NCBI GenBank assembly: GCA_904501985.1
Contig: CAJGCT010000002.1
Coordinates: 3,596-67,595 of the forward strand
Source: an uncultured Clostridia bacterium
Lineage (GTDB): Bacteria > Bacillota > Clostridia > Oscillospirales > CAG-272
Reading direction: 5' to 3'
Length of the DNA: 64,000 nt
The notes under the pieces: generated by a model
The model's input: only the letters and a program-made list of their open reading frames with translations
Told to the model about the DNA's origin: nothing
Databases searched by the model: none
Shown here: one piece after another, positions 26,494 through 36,018 of the stretch
How the letters are laid out: each line of letters begins with the position of its first letter
How positions within the stretch are numbered: the first letter of the stretch is position 1
Program-made: the position numbers and the translations under genes

Positions 26494-28824
26494 TCAGTCA
26501 GTACCGTCCATGTAACGGAATTCTACAGTTACTATAGTACCGGGAGGCACCTGTGTGCCGGCCTCCGGAGTCTGCGCGATAACAACAGCTCCGCCGCCAA
26601 CATCGTAGTTTGTAGCACCGACTACCTTTATGTTAAGGTCAGCATTTATTATAGCTCTGTTTGTCATGGTAGCATTCTGACCCATTACATCCGGAACGGT
26701 AATGGTATCCGACGGCTCAGCCTCGCCTGTATAGAGATATACACAGCCGTTTTCAAGAGAAAGTCTGCTTCCGCCCTCCGGAACCTGAGCGGTAACTACG
26801 CCCTTACCGCCGCCTATTATTTCAAATTTAAGCTTTCTGTTTGTAATATAAAGTGTAGCATCCTCAACGGAAAGTCCTGCGAGATTTGTAATGCCCACAT
26901 CAATCTTTGCAAGCTCCTCATCCGTGTATTGAGGCTCGTATCCAAGATACGGCAGAGCTACCGAAAGGAAGTTGGATATGTACGGTGCCGCAACAATACT
27001 TCCAAAGGAGCCGCCCGAGGAAGGCTCGTCGACGATAATGATGACCGCTATCTGCGGATCGTCCGCAGGAGCATATGCCACAGTGGAACCTATTCGGTAA
27101 GGACGCTCGCTGGTTACCCATTCGTCGTTTACAGTAACAACATTTCCCTCGGCATCGTAATAAACATACTTATCCTGCTTCTGAGAAGTACCGGTCTTTG
27201 CCGCAACGCTGTAGCCTTTTGTGTATGCATTCTTTGCACCGCCGTCCGTTGCCACACCCTCCGCAAGGATTCCCGTTATGGTCTCACAGGTATCTTTTGA
27301 GAATACCTGCACTTTTTCGGCAGTTTCGTATGAGTAGATAACATTTCCGTCGTTGTCCACCATTTCTTTGAGGACATGGGGAGTTACAAGATATCCGCCG
27401 TTTGCCACGGTGCAGATAGCTGTAAGCTGCTGCAAAGGTGTTGCTTTAAAGGTCTGACCGAAGGAATAAACCGCAAGCTCAACATTACCCATGTTTTTCA
27501 TGGCATGATAGCTTCCGTATGCCTCTCCGGTGAGATCAACTCCCGTGCGAGTTGTATATCCGAGAGCCTCAAAATATTTGTAAAATGTCTCCCTGCCTAT
27601 CTTTTCGATAGTATTCATCATAAGGGGGTTGCAGGACTGCTGGAGACCTCTTGCAAAGGTAACCGCACCGTGACCTGCAAGGCGGTGACAGCTTATAGGC
27701 TTTCCATAGCCCTCAACAAAATAGTGTCCGCGGCAATAGAAGGGATCGTCTATATTCACAACGCCCTCCTCTATTGCAATAGCCGAGGTGATTATTTTGA
27801 AGGTAGAACCCGGCTCGTAGGGTTCATTCACTATCTTATTGTTCCACATACGGTAGATAAGGTCTGTGCGGAGCTTGTTATACTCGTCCGTCCCCTGTGT
27901 CAGACCGCTCGTGTTAAGTTCAGAAAGATATTCCTCGGCAAGGGTATAGGGATCGTTGCAGTCATACCCGGGAACTACCGCGCCTGCAAGTATTCCGCCC
28001 GTGTTAACGTCCATTACAATTCCGCATACACGGTTTGTAGCTTTAGACGATTCATATGCCGCCATAAGCTGATTTTCAAGCTCATATTGCAGACGCATAT
28101 CTATTGTTGTTACCATGTTTGCGCCGTTTTCGGCACCCACATAACTCTCGTACTTAAAGGGCATCTCCTGATGTATCGCATTTTTAGCGGTAATGTATTT
28201 ACCGGATGTTCCCTTAAGATAGTCGTTATAGGTGGCCTCAACGCCGTAAACACCGTCTCCGTCGGAATTAGTGAAGCCGATAAGATGGCTTGCAAGGTTT
28301 CCGTAGCAATAATATCTCTTAGACTCCGCAGAAAGGTTCAGAAGCCCCGTAAAGCCTTTTTCTTTAATGAACTGCCTCAGTATATCGGCAGTCTGCGGAT
28401 CAACATTTTTCTTTATGGTCTCGTCCTTTCGCTCAATACGTTTTGAGCGAGTCATAACCTCGTCATAGTCAACGCCAAGCACTTCTACAAGCTTCTCGGC
28501 AATCTCTCTTGCCGCCTGACCTGATACATAGTCGTTATCCGGCTCTTCCTCAAATGCAGCAATGGCATTGGGAGAAATAAAAACACGGTATACTGTGGTA
28601 TTGGTAACCAGCAGATTCATATTGGTGTCGAATATTTTACCGCGTTCTGCCGTTGTTGTAACTTCGCTTGTAAGCTGATCTATAACTATAGCCTGGTACT
28701 TGTCATTGTCAACTATCTGCAGTCCAAACAGGCGCAGGACAAGAAACACCCATCCTGCAAGGATCACAGCCGCAAAAACAAGAGTGCGTTTAAACATCAC
28801 GCTTTTCTGTGATAAAAAGGGCAT
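26494..28824 (-). CDS. Class B penicillin-binding protein (FtsI/PBP2B/SpoVD-type) with two C-terminal PASTA domains
   Basis: Transpeptidase motifs STFK and KTGT, with PASTA-like repeats at the C-terminus. The start was set at MPFLSQ (GGGAGG 6 nt upstream). Confidence 0.92.
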   Translation of the reverse strand: MPFLSQKSVMFKRTLVFAAVILAGWVFLVLRLFGLQIVDNDKYQAIVIDQLTSEVTTTAERGKIFDTNMNLLVTNTTVYRVFISPNAIAAFEEEPDNDYVSGQAAREIAEKLVEVLGVDYDEVMTRSKRIERKDETIKKNVDPQTADILRQFIKEKGFTGLLNLSAESKRYYCYGNLASHLIGFTNSDGDGVYGVEATYNDYLKGTSGKYITAKNAIHQEMPFKYESYVGAENGANMVTTIDMRLQYELENQLMAAYESSKATNRVCGIVMDVNTGGILAGAVVPGYDCNDPYTLAEEYLSELNTSGLTQGTDEYNKLRTDLIYRMWNNKIVNEPYEPGSTFKIITSAIAIEEGVVNIDDPFYCRGHYFVEGYGKPISCHRLAGHGAVTFARGLQQSCNPLMMNTIEKIGRETFYKYFEALGYTTRTGVDLTGEAYGSYHAMKNMGNVELAVYSFGQTFKATPLQQLTAICTVANGGYLVTPHVLKEMVDNDGNVIYSYETAEKVQVFSKDTCETITGILAEGVATDGGAKNAYTKGYSVAAKTGTSQKQDKYVYYDAEGNVVTVNDEWVTSERPYRIGSTVAYAPADDPQIAVIIIVDEPSSGGSFGSIVAAPYISNFLSVALPYLGYEPQYTDEELAKIDVGITNLAGLSVEDATLYITNRKLKFEIIGGGKGVVTAQVPEGGSRLSLENGCVYLYTGEAEPSDTITVPDVMGQNATMTNRAIINADLNIKVVGATNYDVGGGAVVIAQTPEAGTQVPPGTIVTVEFRYMDGTD

Positions 28825-28947
28825 CTGTAACCTCCCAAGTAATGGCAAATTACGGAGAGTAAGCGACTTTTTCTGTGCCCACTCTCCGAGGTTGTTCAAA
28901 AACTATTACAATAATACTGCGCGGTGCTCAAAATAATACCTTTGGCA

Positions 28948-29748
28948 TTACATTCCGAAGAATCCGCGTATACGTTCAACAAATGCACCGCCAAGACCCA
29001 TTATACCGTCAAAAAAGCTTTCGCCGGTGTCTTCATGCTCCTCAACGATCTCAATTTTATCTTCTTTATGTACGGTAAGATAATAGCGATCCACCTGATC
29101 CTTTTTGACCATTCCAAGGTCTTCCTTTGCCATTTTCTCCACAACGCGAAGATCGTCTCTGGTCTCAAGAAGCAGACGAAGCTCATTTTCTTCGGACACC
29201 ATGGAATTGTACTGACGCTCAAGCGCAGAGTTTTCAGCGGTTATCTCGCTTATCTGCACCGATGTGGTAACTATCGCCATAATAAGCACCGTAAAGCAAA
29301 GCGCAATAAGCACAATGGAAGCCGGGAAAGAATACTTTTTCTCGGCAGCAATCGTATGTATTGCAACTATTGATTTCTTTCTTATTTTCTCCGCCTTTTT
29401 AACCTGTTCCTTTACAGTGGCAGATGCCTTTTTGCGGATATCCGCAGTGCTCTTTGAATCAGTGCGGCTTTTCGCGCCGGAAGCAGGTGCATTTTTGTAA
29501 CGCGCAGTACCGCCGCCGTATCCTGTCGCACCGCGACGTGATGCGGCTGTATTATTCATTCTGCGTGCTCCGCCCTTAACTCCGGTACGATTAAGCGATG
29601 CTGTAGCCTCCATATTGGCGGCAGACGCAGGGCGGTTATTGCCAACAAGGGTGTCCCACGAATATTCGGTGTATGACGGATGGGTAGTGACTCGGCTATC
29701 CGATGCCGTTTGTGTATTCTTTTTCTTCTTGAATGCCGCTTCGGTCAT
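28948..29748 (-). CDS. ftsL: FtsL/septum-formation-initiator-like protein with a long Arg/Gly/Ala-rich cytoplasmic N-terminus
   Basis: Single TM helix (IVLIALCFTVLIMAIVTTSV) followed by a coiled coil (ENSALERQYNSMVSEENELRLL), positioned between rsmH and pbp. Confidence 0.75.
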   Translation of the reverse strand: MTEAAFKKKKNTQTASDSRVTTHPSYTEYSWDTLVGNNRPASAANMEATASLNRTGVKGGARRMNNTAASRRGATGYGGGTARYKNAPASGAKSRTDSKSTADIRKKASATVKEQVKKAEKIRKKSIVAIHTIAAEKKYSFPASIVLIALCFTVLIMAIVTTSVQISEITAENSALERQYNSMVSEENELRLLLETRDDLRVVEKMAKEDLGMVKKDQVDRYYLTVHKEDKIEIVEEHEDTGESFFDGIMGLGGAFVERIRGFFGM

Positions 29749-29783
29749 CGCAAAATTCCTCCGTGTCCGTTGTTTTTAGTAAC

Positions 29784-30734
29784 TTATATCTTCTCCGCAA
29801 TTCTCAGCTTCGCACTGTGAGAACGGGAATTTTCCGAAAGCTCCTTCTCCGACGGGAGAATCGGCTTGTGATTTATCTGTTTTATTCTCGGCTTTTTGCC
29901 GCATACGCACACCGGAAAATCCTTCGGGCAGGTACATCCCTTGGAATTTTCGGCAAATGTCTGCTTTACAATGCGGTCCTCCAGCGAATGGAAGGTTATC
30001 ACCGACAGCCTGCCGCCCTCTTTAAGCGAATATATAAGCGAATTAAGTGTTGGCTCTATTATAGACAGCTCCGAATTTACTTCAATACGCACTGCCTGAA
30101 AAACGCGCTTTGCAGGATGTGATCCTGCTTCCCTTGCTTTCATGGGAATTGAGGATTTTATGATATCAACAAGCTCAAGCGTGGTCTCAACAGGCTTCTC
30201 TTCTCTGACGGCACAAATCTTCGACGCAATACGTCCGGAAAACTTTTCCTCGCCGTAGTCGAAAAATATCTTTTTAAGCTGTGATTCGGAATATGTGTTT
30301 ATAACCTCGTGAGCCGTAAGAGCCGCCTCCGGATTCATACGCATATCAAGAGGCGCATCATGCATATATGAGAAACCGCGGCATGGTGTATCAAGCTGAT
30401 AAGAAGATACGCCAAGGTCAATCACAGCCCCGTCGATTTTGGGAATTTCAAGCCCTGCAAGCACCTCGCCCACATTGCTGAAATTATCATGCACGAATAT
30501 GACTCTGTCACTGTAAGGAGCAAGCCGCATCTTCGATGCCTCTATTGCCGCGCTGTCCTGATCTATTGCTATAAGCTTTCCGCCTTCGGTAAGCTTTGAA
30601 GCAATGGCTTCGGAATGTCCGCCTCCGCCGAGAGTACAGTCAACATATACCCCATCAGGTTTTATGTTAAGACCGTCCACCGATTCCGAAAGAAGCACCG
30701 AGTAGTGTGAAAACCCGACAGTATTCTCCATCAA
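29784..30734 (-). CDS. rsmH: 16S rRNA (cytosine1402-N4)-methyltransferase
   Basis: HYSVLLSESVDGL...DCTLGGGGHSEAI. Confidence 0.95.
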   Translation of the reverse strand: MMENTVGFSHYSVLLSESVDGLNIKPDGVYVDCTLGGGGHSEAIASKLTEGGKLIAIDQDSAAIEASKMRLAPYSDRVIFVHDNFSNVGEVLAGLEIPKIDGAVIDLGVSSYQLDTPCRGFSYMHDAPLDMRMNPEAALTAHEVINTYSESQLKKIFFDYGEEKFSGRIASKICAVREEKPVETTLELVDIIKSSIPMKAREAGSHPAKRVFQAVRIEVNSELSIIEPTLNSLIYSLKEGGRLSVITFHSLEDRIVKQTFAENSKGCTCPKDFPVCVCGKKPRIKQINHKPILPSEKELSENSRSHSAKLRIAEKI

Positions 30735-31159
30735 AGTCCAAGCTCCTTCATCTGTGCTTCAATTTCCGCCGCATCATCACCGGACTTCATGGACTCCCAA
30801 CGCTCGGCAGCCCAAAGCTCCGCATGATCCCCCACACCGAGAAACGCCGCATCCTTTTCAAGATGTGCATATTCGCGAAGTCCCTGCGGCAATGTAATGC
30901 GTCCGTGGGCATCAGGAGTAACCTCCGATGCGAAAGTATACAAAAAGCGTTTGATCGCTTTTGTCTGGGATGTGGGAAGCTCGGCAAGCTTATCGGAAAA
31001 ACGCTGCCACTCATCAAGATGGTACAGCGACAGACATCCGTCAACACTTCGTGAAAGCACAAAGGTTTCGCCAAGTCCTTCTCGCAGCTTCGCCGGAACG
31101 AACACACGGAACTTCGCGTCAATTGTATGTAAATATTCACCTGTCAGCACCCGATCCAC
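30731..31159 (-). CDS. mraZ: Transcriptional regulator MraZ
   Basis: GEYLHTIDAKFRVFVPAKLRE duplicated SpoVT/AbrB-like halves. GTG start. Confidence 0.93.
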   Translation of the reverse strand: MDRVLTGEYLHTIDAKFRVFVPAKLREGLGETFVLSRSVDGCLSLYHLDEWQRFSDKLAELPTSQTKAIKRFLYTFASEVTPDAHGRITLPQGLREYAHLEKDAAFLGVGDHAELWAAERWESMKSGDDAAEIEAQMKELGL

Positions 31160-31188
31160 CCCACTTTCGTCGAATTATTGGGAAAATG

Positions 31189-31214
31189 CACCACTTCGCA
31201 CCATTTTTCACCAC
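31189..31214 (-). promoter_or_regulatory. Three TGGTG direct repeats at ~10-bp phasing in the mraZ leader (MraZ-operator-like)
   Basis: Minus strand: aGTGGTGaaaaaTGGTGCgaaGTGGTGc, immediately downstream of the -10. Confidence 0.45.
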
Positions 31215-31218
31215 TAAT

Positions 31219-31247
31219 ATTATAATACATCCCGCGAAAATTTTCAA
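31219..31247 (-). promoter_or_regulatory. dcw/mraZ promoter (TTGAAA-17-TATAAT on the minus strand)
   Basis: -35 is the complement of 31242-31247 and -10 is the complement of 31219-31224. Confidence 0.5.
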
Positions 31248-31359
31248 TAGTTTTCGCGAGATTTTTTTTGCTAATATGCAAATTTTTTTGAATATTTTTC
31301 ACATTTTATTCCATACATCGCCTATATCTACGCTGTATTTACATTTCTGTGAAAATATG

Positions 31360-31851
31360 TCAATTTTTCTTGGCGTATTCGGCGATAATTTCAGCTACAC
31401 CGCACGGTACACAGCGTGAGTAATCACAGCCGTAACGGATAAGCTCGCGCACCATTGTTGAGCTTATGTGCATATACTCCGACTTGGTCGGAATAATCAC
31501 AGTATCAAGCTCCGGAATCAAAGAGCGATTTATAAGAGCAAGAGACTGCTCGTATTCAAAATCAGAGCTTCCGCGCGCTCCTTTGACTATTGTGCCGATG
31601 CCGTGCTCCTTTGCATAGTCTGCAAGAAGTCCTCCGCAGGAATCAACACGAACATTTTTTATATCGGCAAAAGCGGCTCTAAGCATACAGAGTCGCTGTT
31701 CGGCATCGAAAAATCCGCTCTTTGATGAATTTACAAACGCCGTAACATAAACCTCGTCAAACATCTGTGCCGCGCGCACAACAAGATCGTAGTGACCCAT
31801 TGTAGGCGGGTCAAAGCTTCCGGGGACGAGTGCACGTTTTGGATTCAGCAT
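31360..31851 (-). CDS. coaD: Phosphopantetheine adenylyltransferase
   Basis: PGSFDPPTMGHYDLV. ATG 31851 is preferred over the upstream TTG 31860. Confidence 0.92.
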   Translation of the reverse strand: MLNPKRALVPGSFDPPTMGHYDLVVRAAQMFDEVYVTAFVNSSKSGFFDAEQRLCMLRAAFADIKNVRVDSCGGLLADYAKEHGIGTIVKGARGSSDFEYEQSLALINRSLIPELDTVIIPTKSEYMHISSTMVRELIRYGCDYSRCVPCGVAEIIAEYAKKN

Positions 31852-31856
31852 AATAA

Positions 31857-32417
31857 TCAATCCTTTCTCGAAAGCACTGTTATATAAACTCTTCCGTATC
31901 TGTTCTGCTTTTCGATATTGTACTTGTCAGCAAGAGCCGCGTTCCCACAGAATACATCGTCGGTTTCGTCCTCGCAGATTATCCACGCGCCATCGGAAAG
32001 GATATCGTATTCCGCAATACGCTCAAGAGATGCCTTCAGCATACCGCTTCCGTATGGCGGATCAAGAAAAACAAAATCGTACTTGTATTTTCCGTTGGCT
32101 GAGCGAAGAAAATCCGCAAAATCTCCGGTTACTACTCGACAACGCTCAAAAAGGTGGGTTTTCTGTGCGTTTTTCTTAATAATTTCTACCGCCTTGGCAG
32201 AATTGTCCACAAGATGTGCCTTCTCTGCACCGCGGCTCAGAGCTTCAAGTCCCATCTGACCGCTTCCGGCAAAAAGATCCAGCACAAATGCGTCTGTAAG
32301 GTCAAACTGTATCATGCTGAATATTGCTTCCTTTACGCGCTCCGCTGTGGGACGGGTCTTGTCCCCCTCAAGGGTTTCAAGCCTTATTCCGCGTGCGCTT
32401 CCCGTTATGATCCTCAT
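31857..32417 (-). CDS. rsmD: 16S rRNA (guanine966-N2)-methyltransferase
   Basis: MRIITGSARGIRL...RPTAERVKEAIFSMI, DLFAGSG, DPPY. Confidence 0.92.
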   Translation of the reverse strand: MRIITGSARGIRLETLEGDKTRPTAERVKEAIFSMIQFDLTDAFVLDLFAGSGQMGLEALSRGAEKAHLVDNSAKAVEIIKKNAQKTHLFERCRVVTGDFADFLRSANGKYKYDFVFLDPPYGSGMLKASLERIAEYDILSDGAWIICEDETDDVFCGNAALADKYNIEKQNRYGRVYITVLSRKD

Positions 32418-34291
32418 ATATTTTTCTCCTTAGTATCTGACTGTTTACTGTAATATTCGATTATAGCATCCGCATTTGCCGAACTGATACCTGACACGCG
32501 CATAAGCTCGGTTTTGTCCGCCTTTTTAATTGCCGCGATGCTCTTAAAGTGAGAAAGCAGGCTCTTCGCCTTTATTTTACCGATTCCCTCTATATTTTCA
32601 AGGGTCGAATGCTTAAGAGTTTTGGATTTTGCGTTTTCCATACGTGTGATGGTGTACCGGTGAACTTCCTCCTGAAGCTTATAAACAAATTGGAACACCG
32701 CCTGCTCTCTGGCAATACTGAGTTCACTTACATCATCGGTCAGTGCCCGTGTTTTATGAAATTCATCCTTCACCATGCCGTACACGGGAATCTCGCACCC
32801 AAGCTCCTGCATAAGCTCTCTTACCACAGAAACGTGTCCCTTGCCGCCGTCAAGCAGTATAAGATCGGGGGGCGCGCCGAAGGATTCATCGGTAAGATGC
32901 GAAAGGCGTCTTTCCAGCGCCTCACGCATAGCACCGTAGTCGTCTATTCCGTCGGTAGATTTTATTTTAAATGTCCGATAATCGGATTTTTTCAATTTTC
33001 CGTTTTCCGCCACTATCATTCCGGCGGTTATATTGTCCTTACCGAAGTTTGAGATATCATACGCCTCGATTCTTTCGGGAACGACTTCAAGTTTCAGCAT
33101 GGAAGCAAGCTTTATAAGCACCTTATTATCTTTCTCGGACTGAGCCTTGTAAAGCAGTGCCTGCTGCTTTGCGTTGTCGTATACCATCTCGCAAAGCCTG
33201 CGTCGGTCCCCTCTCTCCGGAGTACGAATATCCGGCTTATATCCAACGCGCATACGAATCATCTCACTAAGTGCTTCAAGCTCCTCATCCGGAAGTACAA
33301 AATCAAGTATTATATCGTGCGGCACATATTCACGGATATTGTAAAGCTCCGACAAAAACGCCGACATATTTTCCTCGTCGATGATCTGCTCAGCAGGAAA
33401 CAGGAAATGATCGTTATCCGTAATACTTCCGCCACGTATATAGAATACGGATATGCAGGAGCAAACCTCGTCGGTATACAGCGCGATAACATCCTCTTCC
33501 ATATCGGGAGAGCCGACAACCTTCTGCCTCTGCCACAGCTTTGACAGTGCCTCTATGCGGTCACGGTAACGGGCGGCAGCTTCAAACATCAGATTTTCCG
33601 ATGCATATTCCATTTTTTCGCGCAGAGACTGCTCACACTCACGAAAAGATCCGCGAAGGAAGCTGTTTACTTCTTTGAATATGGCTTTATATTCATCGCT
33701 TGAAACATCTCCCGTGCAGGGTGCACAGCATATTCCGATATGCTTGTTGAGGCAGGGTCTGCCCTTGCCTATATCGCGCGGAAATTCCTTATTGCAGGAA
33801 GCTATCCCAAATGATTTCTGAACAGTGCCCAGTATATTGTAAACCGCCGATATGCCTGAATAAGGACCGTAATATTTCGCGCCGTCGGAAAGGCGTCTGC
33901 GCGTTACCGACAGCTTCGGATACTCGTCGTTTACGGTCAGTTTAAGATACGGGTAGGTTTTGGAATCCTTCAGCTTTATGTTGTACTTAGGTGCATACTG
34001 CTTTATGAGGCTGTTTTCAAGAGACAGTGCTTCTATTTCGGTATCCGTAAGAATATAATCAAAGCTGTGCACGCAAAGAAGCATACGCTTTGTCTTTTCA
34101 TTATGGTGTGCAGACTCATGAAAATACTGCGATACTCTGTTTTTAAGCGACCTGGATTTTCCCACATATACAACCTTGCCGCCCTTGTCGCGCATAATGT
34201 ATACACCCGGACGCTGGGGCAGGCTGTTTGCTTTTTCAAGCAGCCCGGCACGACGGCTGGTATTGCCGTTTTCAACTCCGAATGTTTCCAT
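32414..34291 (-). CDS. uvrC: Excinuclease ABC subunit C
   Basis: GIY-YIG N-terminus (GVYIMRDKGGKVVYVGKSRSLKNRVSQYF), UvrBC and endonuclease V-like regions, and a C-terminal HhH. Confidence 0.95.
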   Translation of the reverse strand: METFGVENGNTSRRAGLLEKANSLPQRPGVYIMRDKGGKVVYVGKSRSLKNRVSQYFHESAHHNEKTKRMLLCVHSFDYILTDTEIEALSLENSLIKQYAPKYNIKLKDSKTYPYLKLTVNDEYPKLSVTRRRLSDGAKYYGPYSGISAVYNILGTVQKSFGIASCNKEFPRDIGKGRPCLNKHIGICCAPCTGDVSSDEYKAIFKEVNSFLRGSFRECEQSLREKMEYASENLMFEAAARYRDRIEALSKLWQRQKVVGSPDMEEDVIALYTDEVCSCISVFYIRGGSITDNDHFLFPAEQIIDEENMSAFLSELYNIREYVPHDIILDFVLPDEELEALSEMIRMRVGYKPDIRTPERGDRRRLCEMVYDNAKQQALLYKAQSEKDNKVLIKLASMLKLEVVPERIEAYDISNFGKDNITAGMIVAENGKLKKSDYRTFKIKSTDGIDDYGAMREALERRLSHLTDESFGAPPDLILLDGGKGHVSVVRELMQELGCEIPVYGMVKDEFHKTRALTDDVSELSIAREQAVFQFVYKLQEEVHRYTITRMENAKSKTLKHSTLENIEGIGKIKAKSLLSHFKSIAAIKKADKTELMRVSGISSANADAIIEYYSKQSDTKEKNI

Positions 34292-34438
34292 AAACTACCT
34301 CACATATCGCTAGTATCTCTTAATTAAAGCAAAGACGAGTCACCGCACAAAAAGCACACCGCGACCCGTCAAAACTATTAAATCTCAGCAAGTGTCCGTA
34401 TGTACGGCAACCCTGCATAATAAATCCGACAGATCGGA

Positions 34439-34702
34439 TTATTCGCCAAAGCCGGTGTCGATGAGCTCGCACAGACCGTCAAGTGCATCGTTCTCGTCGT
34501 TTCCGTCAGCAATAAGAGTGATAGTCATCCCCTTGGTAATACCAAGAGAAAGAACGCCGAGAAGGCTCTTTGCATTAACGCGTCTGTCTTCCTTCTCCAC
34601 CCAGATAGAGCTTTGGAATGAGTTGGCTTTCTGAATAAAAAATGTAGCAGGTCTTGCGTGGAGACCCACATTGTTGCGGATGGTCACGTTACGGGATATC
34701 AT
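34439..34702 (-). CDS. ptsH: Phosphocarrier protein HPr
   Basis: GLHARPA (His15) and NAKSLLGVLSLG (Ser46). Confidence 0.93.
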   Translation of the reverse strand: MISRNVTIRNNVGLHARPATFFIQKANSFQSSIWVEKEDRRVNAKSLLGVLSLGITKGMTITLIADGNDENDALDGLCELIDTGFGE

Positions 34703-34933
34703 AATAAGTTCGCTCCTAACATTAGATTTGTATATTTCGGTACAAAAAGTTTAAATTCAATCTACGCACGGCACCAAACCTGTACTCCGGCACACGGGCG
34801 GTAAATCATATCAAAGATACGCTGATTATAGTATATCAAATTTTTCAAATAAAATCAATAGTCCTTTTGCATATAAATTGTCAAACTATAGTTCACTTTA
34901 TCTGTTAAATTAGGAGCTTTTAACAAAAAAACA

Positions 34934-34964
34934 CCGTATAATGGGATATTTTTCCATTATACGG
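34934..34964. terminator. Terminator after the murJ/ligase/DUF4330 operon
   Basis: CCGTATAATGG-N9-CCATTATACGG flanked by A- and T-runs. Confidence 0.75.
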
Positions 34965-34971
34965 CACTTTT

Positions 34972-35508
34972 TCATTCTGTGGGATTTATTCTTTCGATAT
35001 CCGTAACCGTTATGCTCACCGTTATGTTTTTACTTTCAACAGTGATTTTCGATCCCGGTGCAATATATGTTGTGCCTCCAAGCAGAAATCCCTCACTGCT
35101 GAAAACTCCCGATGAAAGTATTTTTCCGCGAACATCAATGCGGCTGCTCTTTGTGGGATCGTCCGGGTCTGTGGGCGAATAGGATTTTATGAGAGTGCCG
35201 TCCGCACCGGCGATATACATCTCCGCAGGAAGGTCGTAGGGCTTCTCCTCAAGAGTTCCGAAATAGCATTTATGAGTATCGCTGTAGAACACATCGCCTG
35301 CATTGAAATAATTATAAGAATCGCTGTTTATGTCCTGTACCAAAAATGAAATGCGTGCAGGCTCCACACTGCTGCTTGTTATCACCTTCTCAACAATACC
35401 CATTCGAAGTGCGATACCTATTACAGCACCAAGTACGACCACAACTATCAATAAATCAATGATGTTAGGTCTGAGCTTTTTCGTTTTCTTTATGCTGCTA
35501 TCATTCAT
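34972..35508 (-). CDS. Membrane-anchored DUF4330-like protein (paralogue 2)
   Basis: N-terminal anchor (RPNIIDLLIVVVVLGAVIGIAL) plus a beta-rich ectodomain. It overlaps the upstream paralogue by 4 nt. Confidence 0.65.
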   Translation of the reverse strand: MNDSSIKKTKKLRPNIIDLLIVVVVLGAVIGIALRMGIVEKVITSSSVEPARISFLVQDINSDSYNYFNAGDVFYSDTHKCYFGTLEEKPYDLPAEMYIAGADGTLIKSYSPTDPDDPTKSSRIDVRGKILSSGVFSSEGFLLGGTTYIAPGSKITVESKNITVSITVTDIERINPTE

Positions 35509-36002
35509 GACTGACCCTCCGTTTCAGATAATTCCGTGCAGTATCCGACACCCGTATAATTTGGAAGTCTTACGTACATTGTAGTGCCTACCGAGATATC
35601 GTATCCGCCGTCAAGCACATATCTTCCGTCTGCCCCGACAGTTGCCTCCGCCGCAACACTCAGACGAACATTTGAATGCTCCGGATGTACGCTTGACACA
35701 AGTGCGCCGGCGGAAAAATCGTTTCCGTTGTATATTGCAGGCTCCACAGCATAATCAATCACCTCACCGAGATGATATTTGGCAACCGAGTCCACAACGC
35801 CCTCTCCAACGGCAAAATTATCCGCAAATTCGTTTCTTATTGTCCGAAATTCAACAACATATTCTATTTTGACCGTTTGATTTATAGTTTCTGTTCCCCC
35901 CATTGAGAAGAACATAACTGCGGCAACAATAATCACCGCTATAACTATTATAATTGCGGCATCCACCGCATTAAATCTGTGTTTTTTCACTGTAGTTCCC
36001 AT
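35505..36002 (-). CDS. Membrane-anchored DUF4330-like protein (paralogue 1)
   Basis: N-terminal anchor (RFNAVDAAIIIVIAVIIVAAVMFF) with the same architecture as the downstream gene. Confidence 0.65.
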   Translation of the reverse strand: MGTTVKKHRFNAVDAAIIIVIAVIIVAAVMFFSMGGTETINQTVKIEYVVEFRTIRNEFADNFAVGEGVVDSVAKYHLGEVIDYAVEPAIYNGNDFSAGALVSSVHPEHSNVRLSVAAEATVGADGRYVLDGGYDISVGTTMYVRLPNYTGVGYCTELSETEGQS

Positions 36003-36018
36003 ATTTTCCTCCGCTTTA

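Noticed and set aside
26488-28446. 270-aa and 356-aa plus-strand ORFs antisense to the penicillin-binding protein gene
   Set aside because: They have the same shadow-ORF signature (Cys/Arg/Tyr-rich, no domains, no RBS). The PBP motifs on the minus strand explain the region.
34703-34971. 269-bp ptsH upstream region with a GTGCCGG...GTGCCG repeat, considered as a RAT/antiterminator or riboswitch leader
   Set aside because: I could not draw a convincing RAT-like or terminator/antiterminator alternative structure, and there is no T-run terminator before the start codon.
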